Of a stretch of DNA of 20,000 nt, positions 9,220-19,049 are shown piece after piece; within the stretch, counting starts at the first letter, position 1; each line of letters opens with the position of its first letter. This stretch comes from Novakomyces olei (Eukaryota): positions 1,667,659 to 1,687,658 of the forward strand of contig JADEYG010000002.1 of NCBI GenBank assembly GCA_016906335.1. The letters run 5' to 3'. Made by a program: the position numbers and the translations under genes. The notes under the pieces were generated by a model. The model was not told where the DNA came from and did no database searches. It worked only from the letters and a program-made list of their open reading frames with translations.

Positions 9220-12200
9220 ATGTCTGGAGCTAGTGGAAGAGCGATTAAGAACATAGCTCCCGAGTTGAGAAGTCCAAGGTCGACGAGAAGAGTCTCTTCG
9301 AAAGGAGAAGGTGAAGTTGAAGGTCTAGCAGAAACACCGAGTCTTCAGAAACTAGAGGGAGACGATGATGACGATGAAAACCCATTATCCCAAGATGTTC
9401 GGGAACTGAAACAAACATTAAAGGAGCAGAGTGAAGCTATCATTGCTCTTACTCAGCTTATGAACGAATTAACGCAAGGGCGCAATATTCAAAGCGAAGG
9501 CACGAAACACGTACCGGCCAGAGGAGAAGATACAGTGAGTGAGGAGATGCTCAGTGCGACCGATAGGGCCAGTGTGCGAGAGTTAGCAGCCAGTTTAGCT
9601 GAACAGCAGCTCAAATTTACCGGGCAGTACGGAGAATCTGTGTCAAAGTTTTTGAGACTAGTAAGAATGACAGCGAGAACAATGGGTGTCAGAGAGGATC
9701 TAATCCCCCGCGCGGCCTGGAGCAGGTTGAAGGGAATGGCAGAAACATGGCTACTGTCTACCTACGAGAGACATCCAATTATTTTATCAAATATGCCAGA
9801 ATTCGAGGCGGCATTGAAAGAGGACTTCATAGAGCCTGACACTCGCTATGAAAGCGAAAAGGAGCTGCATCGGCTCATTGCAAGCCGATTACCAATGCGT
9901 GAATATACAGCACGCTTTATGGATCTGATTCGCGAGTGTGATTTGGACGATGGTCCACAATTGGCAGAAACTTATCGTGCAGGATTGCAACCATTCGTTG
10001 CACGAACTCTGAACAAAGGCTTCACAAACTTGCAAGAAATTGTGGCGGCAGCAAGTCCCTATGAGCACTTTATGGGAAACAATTACCAGTCAAATACGAA
10101 AAGGCAGACACCTAGCTATCGACGGAATGAGTACACAAGCTACAGAACAGAGCGCCCCAGAGAAGTTAGGGGATATCAAGCGAATGATAAAGGAAATAAT
10201 TATTCACAGACAGACCGTTCTAAAACAATGAATCCGGCGATAACGTGCTATCAATGCGGTGAAAAAGGACACATTGCAACGACATGTCCCGAAAGGAAAA
10301 TAAAATTGCTCCAAGCTAGTCAGGACAAGCCTTCTGGACTGGGCAAAGAAGATGATCTGACCAAGGAAGAAGAAGCGAAAATCATGAATATGGACATGGA
10401 AAACATTACGAAAATAGAGCAGCTCGAAACTATTGATATCACGTTGGATACAAACGGACATCCCACGTATGCGGCCGTCATAGATACAGGGGCTACGGTC
10501 AATGCTATATCAAAAAAGGTGGCATATACAACGGGCTTGGATATTATAGAAGATCCAACTATATGGATTTCTAATATAGCGGGTTACAAAACCAAAGGCA
10601 AGTACCTAAACTTAAGGTTTAACGTTAATGATGCGAACTTTACCGCACGTTTCTACGTCATTGACATGGGACCGGAAATTATATTGGGTATCGGATGGGT
10701 GAAAAGGTATCCAAAGTGCCTAGAGAAGATTGCAAATGGGCAGATAAATATGGTCGTTTCCGAACTTAAGGACGTTCCACTACAGTACCATGATCTAGCA
10801 AAAGTATTTTCAGAAACCGAAGCAAACATGCTCCCGGCCCGGCGACCTTATGATCATAAAATCGAATTGGAGCCAGAGAATGCTATTCCCCCTCACATGC
10901 CAATCTATCGTTTGTCAAGCGGTGAGATGGAAGCACTTCGAAATTACATAAACGAGAATTTAAAGCGAGGTTTTATTAGAGAATCGAAGTCGCCAGCAGG
11001 GGCTCCCATACGGTTTGTGAAGAAGAAATCTGGAGATCTAAGGTTATGTATTGATTACAGACGTTTAAACGACATGACAAAAAAGAACCGAATGACATTA
11101 CCCCTAATCGCCGATCTTCTAGATCAACTGAAAGAGGCAACTATCTTCACGACGCTGGATCTTCGATCAGCGTATTACCAGATCAGAATTGCCGAGGGAG
11201 ATGAATGGAAAACTGCGTTTCGCAGTCGGTATGGACATTATGAATATTTGGTTATGCCATTCGGGTTAACTAATGCCCCGGCTACATTTCAGCAAGCCAT
11301 AAACAGCGTACTATCGGATACAATTGACGTCTATACGATTGTATACTTAGATGACATATTAATTTATTCTAAGACAAAAGCCGAACACGAAAAACACGTA
11401 CGCAATGTCCTCACACGACTCTATGATAACAAGTTTTATGTCAATCCTACGAAGTCCAGGTTTAACCAAACCGAAGTGGAGTTCTTAGGCCACATAGTCT
11501 CGCCAGGACTTATCAAAATGGACCCATCAAAGGTGAACGCAATTCACAATTGGGCTACTCCAACAACAGTAAAACAAGTTCAATCGTTTCTCGGATTTAC
11601 AAATTATTACAGACGATTTATTGCAGGCTTCAGTAGTCTGGCTAAGCCTCTGCGAGAAGTAATTAAGGAACCATCAAGATTCAAATGGCTTACGGAACAT
11701 CAAGAAACGTTCGACAAAATAAAAGACGCATTTTCGAAAAGTATAGTTCAAAGACATTTTAAGCCAAACAATGAAACCGTCGTACAGACCGACGCTTCGA
11801 ATACAACGGTCGCTGGAGCACTACTCCAGAAGGAAAATAAGCGTTGGGAGCCTATCGCATTCTTCAGCAGATCATTAAAACCTGCTGAAATAAATTACAC
11901 AACGGGCGAAAAAGAACTATTGGCAATTATCGAGTGCCTTAAGCAGTGGAGACACTATCTGTTGACACAATCTTTTGAAGTCAAAACGGATCATGCAAAT
12001 CTTCTACATCGAAAGGAACCCGCAATTCTTAAACCTCGCCACGCACGATGGGCCGAGTTCTTAAGCGACTACGATTTTAAAGTCACTCACGTTAAAGGAA
12101 ACAAAAATCACGTGGACCAGTTAACAAGGACGGTAAAATCAATTGCAATACTCGAAACCACGCAAGAAGTTCAGGTATTTAAACAAAATCTTGCAGAGCA

Positions 12201-13551
12201 AGGGAACGCGGATGCTCATGACGGGAAAATACATTTAAATAAAAACAACACCGTCGCGACTCAGAGTATCATTCAAATGTGTCACGATCTGCCTCGCGCA
12301 GGACACTACGGTGGTCGGAAAACGTACGAGTTAGTCAAGAGACACTATATTTGGAACGGAATGAAACATGATATACAATCTTACGTAAAAAATTGCAAAG
12401 TCTGCGCATTGGCAAAGCCGAGACGAAGCCTTCCTCCGGCTCCGCTTTTGCCATTACCAATTCCAGAAAGAATTGGCCAAAGCTATTCATTAGACATCGT
12501 CTCAGGCCTTCCAGACTCAGGCAATTCGAACGCGATACTAGTGGTAGTCGAAAGACTTTCCAAGTTTTCTAGATTTCTACCGATTCAGTACACTATCTCA
12601 ACTCGAGCGATAATACTGCTCTTAGAAGAAGAGGTTTTCCGACTAACAGGTTTTCCTGAAAACCTCATATCGGATCGAGACGTACGATTCGACAATCAAT
12701 TATGGAAAAGATTACTCGCACGGCACAACATACACCCAATGCTAACAACGGCATACCACCCGCAAGGTGATGGCCAAAGCGAGCGGACAATTCAATCTAT
12801 TGTACATTATTTGCGCCTAAACTGTAATCAAAACTCGAGTAACTGGGCTCAATATTTGGCAGAAGGAGAATTTGCTTATAATAATGCTACGCATTCGGCA
12901 ACGGGAATATCTCCGTATCAACTGCTATGGCAATTTCAACCGGAGCCACCTTTTGACGTCCTACCACCAAACACTACACCGACACCGACCCATGAGGCGA
13001 TCCTCAAAGTTCGACAACGACTCAGGAATGCCGCCGAGGCATCGAAGCGATTCTACGACAGAAGACGGAAGCCTACAGAAAACATTCAGCCGGGCGACAA
13101 AGTTCTGATACGCGCAAATCCTATCATCTACAGAAACAAATTGAACTCGTTATATACCGGACCTTACACCGTTCTTAGAAATATTAACGAATTCACACAC
13201 GTCATACGAATCAATGACAACGACGTCACTCTACATGGGTCTCGAGTTTTACGGGCTAATGACTATCACACGGAACCGAACGTGTCAAACACGCCGAACG
13301 AATCATATCATTATTACTTTCCGCCGGTTATTCAACGAACAAATACAAGAGGATCAATGATAAAATTCCCAGGACGACCACCCAGGTATATCACCCACCG
13401 CATCAGCGAAGGATACGCCACGATTCAAAGCTCTGGGACAGAGCACAGAGGGGAGGACCAGTGTCAGGAGCTGACATGTGCCTGGCACAGAAGTTGCACT
13501 CGTGCAATTAGTGTGCAGGCATTAGTTTTTAGTATAGAATATTCTAGATAG
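9220..13551 (+). CDS. Element A single-frame Gag-PR-RT-RNaseH-IN polyprotein; the last 29 aa come from the element B LTR
   Basis: Zn knuckle CYQCGEKGHIATTC, protease AVIDTGA, RT YLDDIL, RNase H TDAS...EKELLA, integrase HDLPRAGH...CKVC, and GPY motif YTGPY. No recognisable chromodomain. Confidence 0.95.
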   Translation: MSGASGRAIKNIAPELRSPRSTRRVSSKGEGEVEGLAETPSLQKLEGDDDDDENPLSQDVRELKQTLKEQSEAIIALTQLMNELTQGRNIQSEGTKHVPARGEDTVSEEMLSATDRASVRELAASLAEQQLKFTGQYGESVSKFLRLVRMTARTMGVREDLIPRAAWSRLKGMAETWLLSTYERHPIILSNMPEFEAALKEDFIEPDTRYESEKELHRLIASRLPMREYTARFMDLIRECDLDDGPQLAETYRAGLQPFVARTLNKGFTNLQEIVAAASPYEHFMGNNYQSNTKRQTPSYRRNEYTSYRTERPREVRGYQANDKGNNYSQTDRSKTMNPAITCYQCGEKGHIATTCPERKIKLLQASQDKPSGLGKEDDLTKEEEAKIMNMDMENITKIEQLETIDITLDTNGHPTYAAVIDTGATVNAISKKVAYTTGLDIIEDPTIWISNIAGYKTKGKYLNLRFNVNDANFTARFYVIDMGPEIILGIGWVKRYPKCLEKIANGQINMVVSELKDVPLQYHDLAKVFSETEANMLPARRPYDHKIELEPENAIPPHMPIYRLSSGEMEALRNYINENLKRGFIRESKSPAGAPIRFVKKKSGDLRLCIDYRRLNDMTKKNRMTLPLIADLLDQLKEATIFTTLDLRSAYYQIRIAEGDEWKTAFRSRYGHYEYLVMPFGLTNAPATFQQAINSVLSDTIDVYTIVYLDDILIYSKTKAEHEKHVRNVLTRLYDNKFYVNPTKSRFNQTEVEFLGHIVSPGLIKMDPSKVNAIHNWATPTTVKQVQSFLGFTNYYRRFIAGFSSLAKPLREVIKEPSRFKWLTEHQETFDKIKDAFSKSIVQRHFKPNNETVVQTDASNTTVAGALLQKENKRWEPIAFFSRSLKPAEINYTTGEKELLAIIECLKQWRHYLLTQSFEVKTDHANLLHRKEPAILKPRHARWAEFLSDYDFKVTHVKGNKNHVDQLTRTVKSIAILETTQEVQVFKQNLAEQGNADAHDGKIHLNKNNTVATQSIIQMCHDLPRAGHYGGRKTYELVKRHYIWNGMKHDIQSYVKNCKVCALAKPRRSLPPAPLLPLPIPERIGQSYSLDIVSGLPDSGNSNAILVVVERLSKFSRFLPIQYTISTRAIILLLEEEVFRLTGFPENLISDRDVRFDNQLWKRLLARHNIHPMLTTAYHPQGDGQSERTIQSIVHYLRLNCNQNSSNWAQYLAEGEFAYNNATHSATGISPYQLLWQFQPEPPFDVLPPNTTPTPTHEAILKVRQRLRNAAEASKRFYDRRRKPTENIQPGDKVLIRANPIIYRNKLNSLYTGPYTVLRNINEFTHVIRINDNDVTLHGSRVLRANDYHTEPNVSNTPNESYHYYFPPVIQRTNTRGSMIKFPGRPPRYITHRISEGYATIQSSGTEHRGEDQCQELTCAWHRSCTRAISVQALVFSIEYSR
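13447..13457 (+). other. Element A polypurine tract, now separated from its 3' LTR
   Basis: AGAGGGGAGGA. The reconstructed pre-insertion junction is AGAGGGGAGGACCAGCA|TGAAAGG. Confidence 0.8.
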
Positions 13552-13758
13552 TTTTGCTTAGTAATTTAGAACGCTAAGCGGAAGTATAAGTAGGGCCTTC
13601 TGGTATCTACTTTACTTACGCTTAGCCAACTAGTGAATATAACTGTTGTGCAATTATTCTATTGTATTCTCCTTTTTCCCGCTAGCCGTTACGATAAGCG
13701 GCGTGCAATTAAGCAGTTGTACTCAGGCGTCGAGGTTCGCCTGTGACACGCACTGACA
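13462..13758 (+). repeat. Element B 5' LTR (297 bp)
   Basis: 6-bp terminal inverted repeat and TATAAGTA at 13585-13592. No differences from the 3' copy seen by eye. Confidence 0.97.
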
Positions 13759-13760
13759 GT

Positions 13761-13769
13761 GCTAAGCGT
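13761..13769 (+). other. Element B putative self-priming primer-binding site
   Basis: GCTAAGCGT, 2 nt after the LTR, is the reverse complement of ACGCTTAGC at 13618-13626. Confidence 0.7.
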
Positions 13770-13810
13770 CCGTTTTAGTGGGACTAGGAAGAACATTTAC
13801 GGTGGGAACG

Positions 13811-14716
13811 ATGGACCCCGCGAGTATGGAGGAGTTACAAAAGTTTTGCTCACAAGTGACCGACAGGCTGAAGTTCTTGGAACAAAAGAACACAGCGCTG
13901 ACGGAGAGACTAGCAAGAGTGACTAGTGATGAGAACAGCACACGTGTGTCTGCCGGCCGCGAGCCGAAGATGGCGCCTCCGCCATTATTTTCCGGAGAGC
14001 GAGGGAAACTGAATGAATTTATCATGCAGACGAAAATGATAACCGATGTGCAGAGAGAAAGATACACGACCGAGAGACAAAAGGTTCTGTTTGCAGCATC
14101 GTACTTGCGTGGGGCCGCTTTTCGTTGGTGGGAGCCGCATATTTTGCGAGAGGATGGAGAACTACTCGACGATTTTTCGCTGTTTTGCAACGAGCTACAA
14201 CGCATGTTCGGAGATAGAGACATGAAGCGAACGGCACAGAGACAGCTTAGGCAGTTGAAACAAAAAAGCTCAGCATCGCATTATGCAGCTGAATTTGAAA
14301 GACTGAGCGCCTTTCTTGCGTGGAACGACGAGGCTCTAGCAGCGCAGTATTATGAGGGCCTTAAGGACAGTGTCAAGGATGAACTGGCACGAGCAGAATC
14401 GCCTAGAGATTTGAAAGCCCTTGTCGATGTGAGCATTAGAATCGACAACAGGCTGTTTGAGAGAAACCGCGACCGAGCCAGAATCTACAGAAGAGAACCA
14501 TCGCCGGGAACAAGAGAGATGCCAATGGAAATCGACGTTATGAGAACACCGACATTGTCAAGAGACGGCGAGAGAAAGTTCAAGCACGAAAAGCCTGTCG
14601 AGTGCTATAGATGCCACAAAAAGGGGCATATAGCAAAGCATTGCCGCGAAGAGACGCGGACTGGAACAACGAAGAAATTTGAAACAAGGGACGACTCGGA
14701 AAAAGCAAACGCCTAA
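13811..14716 (+). CDS. gag: Element B Gag (301 aa from first ATG)
   Basis: Sushi/PEG10-like capsid (PPLFSGER, LRGAAFRWW, LKQKSSASHYAAEF), PMEID motif and Zn knuckle CYRCHKKGHIAKHC. Confidence 0.93.
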   Translation: MDPASMEELQKFCSQVTDRLKFLEQKNTALTERLARVTSDENSTRVSAGREPKMAPPPLFSGERGKLNEFIMQTKMITDVQRERYTTERQKVLFAASYLRGAAFRWWEPHILREDGELLDDFSLFCNELQRMFGDRDMKRTAQRQLRQLKQKSSASHYAAEFERLSAFLAWNDEALAAQYYEGLKDSVKDELARAESPRDLKALVDVSIRIDNRLFERNRDRARIYRREPSPGTREMPMEIDVMRTPTLSRDGERKFKHEKPVECYRCHKKGHIAKHCREETRTGTTKKFETRDDSEKANA

Positions 14717-14724
14717 TCCAGGAG

Positions 14725-17700
14725 ATGGCTGCATTGGGCACAAATGACGAGAAACCCATCAGAAAGGACAACAAACAAATTGAGGTGACAGCCGAACTGT
14801 GCGGAATAAGTTTCAGAGCATTGGTGGACTCTGGTGCACACCTGAACTTTATTAACCCGCGGGTTGTCAATAAACTAAACATCGACATGAAGCAAATCAA
14901 AGAGCCAATCTTTGTACAGGTGGTGGACGGACGGCCATTGCCAGGAGGACCTGTCATACTTACAACGGGAGACCTTTCTTTGATAATAGACGACCGTCTT
15001 ATGCCTACAAAATTCTACATGGCCGATATCGGGCGTCATGATATCATTCTTGGTATACAGTGGTTGCACGACAACAACCCTTCGATTGATTGGAGAAAAG
15101 GAGCAATGTCGTTCAAAGAGGACGAAAGTACAGAGGAGATGTTGGAAATAAATCTTACGGAAACAAGAGAAAAGCAAGACGATATCCCGGAAGAATACAA
15201 GGACTACAAGGAAATATTTGCTAAAGAAAAGGCAGATTCGCTTCCTGAACATGGATTATACGACCACGAGATAAGGCTGGTCGAAGGAGCCCAGATACCC
15301 TTTGGGCCAATTTACAGCATTAGCCACGAAGAACAAGAAGAACTGAGAGAATACATTGAAAAGAATCTTGCGAGAGGATTCATACGCAGGTCTAAATCAC
15401 CTGCTGGGGCCCCGATACTATTCGTTAAAAAGAAGGACGGAAGTCTGAGACTTTGCGTGGATTATCGCCAATTGAATGCGATTACAATCAAAAACAAGTA
15501 TCCGTTACCAAGAATCGATGACCTAATCGACAAGATCGCAGGATCTCAGTATTTTACAAAACTCGATTTGAGAGGAGCGTATAACTTGGTGAGGATAAAG
15601 CGTGGCGACGAGTGGAAAACAGCGTTTCGGACGCGTTTCGGACACTTTGAGTATTTAGTAATGCCCTTTGGATTGACTAATGCGCCGGCCACCTTCCAGG
15701 ATTTGATGAACGATGTGTTCCGCGATATCCTAGACCGAAAGGTCCTAGTTTACCTGGACGATGTTCTTATTTACTCAAAGTCATTGGAGGAACATACCGA
15801 AGACGTCAAAGAAGTGCTGGGACGACTTCAAAGGCGAGGACTTTGTGTCAAGGGAGAAAAGTGTGAGTTTCACAAAGAACAGGTTGAATTTTTGGGCTAT
15901 GCAATATCGACTAAGGGAGTTAGTATGAGCCAAGATAAAACAGAAACAATCCGCAAATGGCCGAAGTTGAAATCAATCCACGACGTACAGAGTTTCTTGG
16001 GACTTTGTAACTATTACAGACGCTTCATACAAGGATTCTCGAAGCTAGCACGACCACTCACGGCTCTTTTATCAAAGAACAAACCATTTGAATGGACGAC
16101 TGTGCAAGAAGATGCGTTTCGTACACTAAAATTGCAATTTGAAAAGAACGTTCTATTGGACCACTACGACCCCGAGAAGCAATGCATCATCGAGACAGAT
16201 GCTTCCGATTTTGCGCTGGGAGCAGTGCTCACGCAAATTACTCCTGAAGGACTCAAGCCAATATCATTTATCAGCCGAAAGCTGAGCATGGCCGAAATAA
16301 ACTATGATATTCATGATAAAGAGCTGCTAGCCATTATCTGGGCCCTTAGAACATGGAGACACTACGTACAAGGGCAAAAACAGCCAACATTGATCTATAC
16401 GGACCACAAGAATTTAATCCCCTTTACTACCACGAAACAGCTCACTAGGCGGCAAGCCCGATGGTCGGAACTGCTTGCCGACTATGACATTAATATTACA
16501 TACCGCAAGGGGCAATTTAACGGTGCAGCCGACGCACTTAGCCGGAGACCAGATTTGAACGACTTATCTACAGAACCATACCGAAAACACCAGGAGCAGA
16601 TATTACTAAAACCCGAGATATTCGTGAATCAGTTGGAAGCAGCAACAAGCACTGTACCCACCGAAGAAGAGAGAAAAAGGATATTGAGCGACCACCACGA
16701 TCACCCGCTGGCGGGACACTTCGGATCGTCGCGAACATTGGAGTTAATCAAACGCCACTATGAATGGCCAGGCCTACGAAAGGACGTGGAGGATTATATA
16801 CAGGGGTGCCCCACCTGCAAGAGAAATAAAATACCGAGAAGATCACCGTCAGGAGAATTGCATTCCCTGCAAATACCAGAAAAACCGTGGGAATCAGTGT
16901 CTATTGATTTCATAGTGCAGCTACCGAAATCGAAGAACCAGGATTCTATTTTAGTGGTTGTGGACCGTTTGACAAAAATGTGCCATTTGATCCCATGTGA
17001 TACTAGGATCACAGCACAGGGAACCGCACAGTTGTTTATACAGCACGTGTTTAGGTACCACGGACTGCCCAAAGAAATTATTTCCGACAGAGACCCGAGG
17101 TTTGTAAGTCATTTTTGGAAGGGTCTGACTACAGGACTCGGAATCAAGCTATGCCAGTCAACTAGTCACCACCCGCAGACCAACGGACAAACGGAACGAA
17201 CGAATCAGTCCTTGGAACAGTACTTACGATGCTACGCCAACTACAACCAGGACAATTGGGTCGACCTGTTGCCATTTGCAGAATTTGCCTTAAATAATGC
17301 GGTGAACGCCAGTACAAAATTGTCCCCATTTTATGCAAATTACGGCTTCCATCCCACAACGTTTACAGTGGGCAACAGGGAAACACAAACCCCCGCTGCC
17401 GACAACTGTTTGAAGAATTGGAACGAGGTCTTTAAAGGAATCCGAGAAGCGCTGGACACAGCCAACAAACGTATGGCAATTTACTACAATCGAAAGAGAC
17501 GAATCGGACGAGAATATAGCGTTGGAGATTTTGTTTGGATACAACCTAAATACATCAATAGCGACCGACCGAGTCCCAAGCTCGATCACAAAAGAATTGG
17601 GCCATTTAAGATTGTTGAAAGAATTGGCGTGTCAGCTTATCGCGTCGACTTACCTACGAATATCCAAATACATAATGTCTTCAACGAATCACAATTAGAA

Positions 17701-17940
17701 TTGAGCAAAGGCGACCGATTTAACAGAGATCATACGGAGACTACAGTACCGGATATACTACACGATCTCAAAGAGTACGAGGTCGAATATATATGCGGAC
17801 ATCGCGGACGAGGAGCTGGCAAACGCTACCTCGTCCACTGGAAAGGCTACAATGAAGAGGACAGAACATGGGAAAGCGCAGCCAACTTGACAAACGCGCA
17901 AGAAACCTTAGACGACTACAACAGAAAACTACGCTCATGA
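14725..17940 (+). CDS. pol: Element B Pol (PR-RT-RNaseH-IN-chromodomain), in the -1 frame relative to gag
   Basis: ALVDSGA, YLDDVL, TDASDF, HDHPLAGH...CPTC, IGPF, and chromodomain YEVEYI...YLVHWKGY.....TWE. The frame is open from 14683 and so overlaps gag. Confidence 0.96.
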   Translation: MAALGTNDEKPIRKDNKQIEVTAELCGISFRALVDSGAHLNFINPRVVNKLNIDMKQIKEPIFVQVVDGRPLPGGPVILTTGDLSLIIDDRLMPTKFYMADIGRHDIILGIQWLHDNNPSIDWRKGAMSFKEDESTEEMLEINLTETREKQDDIPEEYKDYKEIFAKEKADSLPEHGLYDHEIRLVEGAQIPFGPIYSISHEEQEELREYIEKNLARGFIRRSKSPAGAPILFVKKKDGSLRLCVDYRQLNAITIKNKYPLPRIDDLIDKIAGSQYFTKLDLRGAYNLVRIKRGDEWKTAFRTRFGHFEYLVMPFGLTNAPATFQDLMNDVFRDILDRKVLVYLDDVLIYSKSLEEHTEDVKEVLGRLQRRGLCVKGEKCEFHKEQVEFLGYAISTKGVSMSQDKTETIRKWPKLKSIHDVQSFLGLCNYYRRFIQGFSKLARPLTALLSKNKPFEWTTVQEDAFRTLKLQFEKNVLLDHYDPEKQCIIETDASDFALGAVLTQITPEGLKPISFISRKLSMAEINYDIHDKELLAIIWALRTWRHYVQGQKQPTLIYTDHKNLIPFTTTKQLTRRQARWSELLADYDINITYRKGQFNGAADALSRRPDLNDLSTEPYRKHQEQILLKPEIFVNQLEAATSTVPTEEERKRILSDHHDHPLAGHFGSSRTLELIKRHYEWPGLRKDVEDYIQGCPTCKRNKIPRRSPSGELHSLQIPEKPWESVSIDFIVQLPKSKNQDSILVVVDRLTKMCHLIPCDTRITAQGTAQLFIQHVFRYHGLPKEIISDRDPRFVSHFWKGLTTGLGIKLCQSTSHHPQTNGQTERTNQSLEQYLRCYANYNQDNWVDLLPFAEFALNNAVNASTKLSPFYANYGFHPTTFTVGNRETQTPAADNCLKNWNEVFKGIREALDTANKRMAIYYNRKRRIGREYSVGDFVWIQPKYINSDRPSPKLDHKRIGPFKIVERIGVSAYRVDLPTNIQIHNVFNESQLELSKGDRFNRDHTETTVPDILHDLKEYEVEYICGHRGRGAGKRYLVHWKGYNEEDRTWESAANLTNAQETLDDYNRKLRS

Positions 17941-18014
17941 ACTCACGTATTTCTTTATTTGTTCTTTAGATCTTATTTAATTCTTACCTATACGTGTCCT
18001 TATTCTATTGCCCT

Positions 18015-18184
18015 AGTATTATATATATATACTATGTGTGCTTACTTTACTACTTGAGCATTATTCATATATATATATATATATACATACTATGTGTCAG
18101 TATTATATATATATACTATGTGTGCTTACTTTATTACTTGAGTATTATATATATATACAATATATATATATACATAAAGGCAAA

Positions 18185-18271
<87 letters not shown>

Positions 18272-18287
18272 AAAAAAAAAAAAAAAA
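18015..18287. repeat. Low-complexity 3' UTR of element B: 44-bp duplication, (TA)n runs, (AAT)25 and A28
   Basis: Near-identical copies at 18015-18058 and 18099-18142 (1 mismatch). AAT tract at 18185-18259 and poly-A at 18260-18287. Confidence 0.92.
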
Positions 18288-18366
18288 CAAAAACACATAT
18301 ACATGCCTTACACTGCACATAGTACTACATCTATTGCAGGACGTTTTAACCTTTGAAGGGGGGTAA

Positions 18367-18663
18367 TGTCAGGAGCTGACATGTGCCTGGCACAGAAGTT
18401 GCACTCGTGCAATTAGTGTGCAGGCATTAGTTTTTAGTATAGAATATTCTAGATAGTTTTGCTTAGTAATTTAGAACGCTAAGCGGAAGTATAAGTAGGG
18501 CCTTCTGGTATCTACTTTACTTACGCTTAGCCAACTAGTGAATATAACTGTTGTGCAATTATTCTATTGTATTCTCCTTTTTCCCGCTAGCCGTTACGAT
18601 AAGCGGCGTGCAATTAAGCAGTTGTACTCAGGCGTCGAGGTTCGCCTGTGACACGCACTGACA
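18367..18663 (+). repeat. Element B 3' LTR
   Basis: Direct repeat of 13462-13758. Confidence 0.97.
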
Positions 18664-18670
18664 ACCAGCA

Positions 18671-19011
18671 TGAAAGGGCTTAATCCCAACATGGTGTTAT
18701 GATAACCCAACATTTGGCTATCGCCAGTTTATCGCCTTGTAGCCATTTAAACCACTAACCTAAAGGGATTCTTATAGAAAATGACCTTCAAAGGGACTGG
18801 AGGATGCATTTGCTCGACCACCCGTGGTCTATAAATAGGGACCCATTCGTTCATAGTTCTACGTAGTTTAATATTAATCTTAGTGCTTGAAATCAAACAG
18901 CCTCAGGACGCCGTTATCCTATAGCTCCGCCTATTATTATAACAGCGCGCTGCTATCTTGGGATAGTTAGGTTACTTAAATTATATATATATATTGGTTT
19001 GAGTCCTAACA
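18671..19011 (+). repeat. Element A 3' LTR
   Basis: Direct repeat of 8754-9094. Confidence 0.97.
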
Positions 19012-19049
19012 GGATATACACTAGCTATTGTTAGTAGCGACATTTCGAC

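Larger units (their letters stand above)
13462..18663 (+). mobile_element. Nested, apparently intact Ty3/Gypsy chromovirus (element B, 5202 bp)
   Basis: TGTCAG...CTGACA LTRs at 13462-13758 and 18367-18663. TSD ACCAG at 13457-13461 and 18664-18668. PPT GAAGGGGGG at 18355-18363. Confidence 0.97.
8754..19011 (+). mobile_element. Outer Ty3/Gypsy LTR retrotransposon (element A), interrupted by nested element B
   Basis: TG...CA LTRs at 8754-9094 and 18671-19011. The 5-bp TSD GGATA is at 8749-8753 and 19012-19016. The element has a single gag-pol ORF. Confidence 0.97.

Noticed and set aside
14720-14727. AGGAG directly before the pol ATG, resembling a Shine-Dalgarno site
   Set aside because: The context is eukaryotic and the spacing is zero, so this is coincidental.
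5925-17589. Numerous 60-150 aa ORFs antisense or off-frame within the kinase and retroelement genes
   Set aside because: These are shadow ORFs of long coding sequences with no independent motifs.
17994-18356. Poly-Ile, poly-Asn, poly-Tyr and poly-Lys ORFs, or an env-like third ORF
   Set aside because: These are translation artefacts of the (TA)n, (AAT)n and poly-A tracts.
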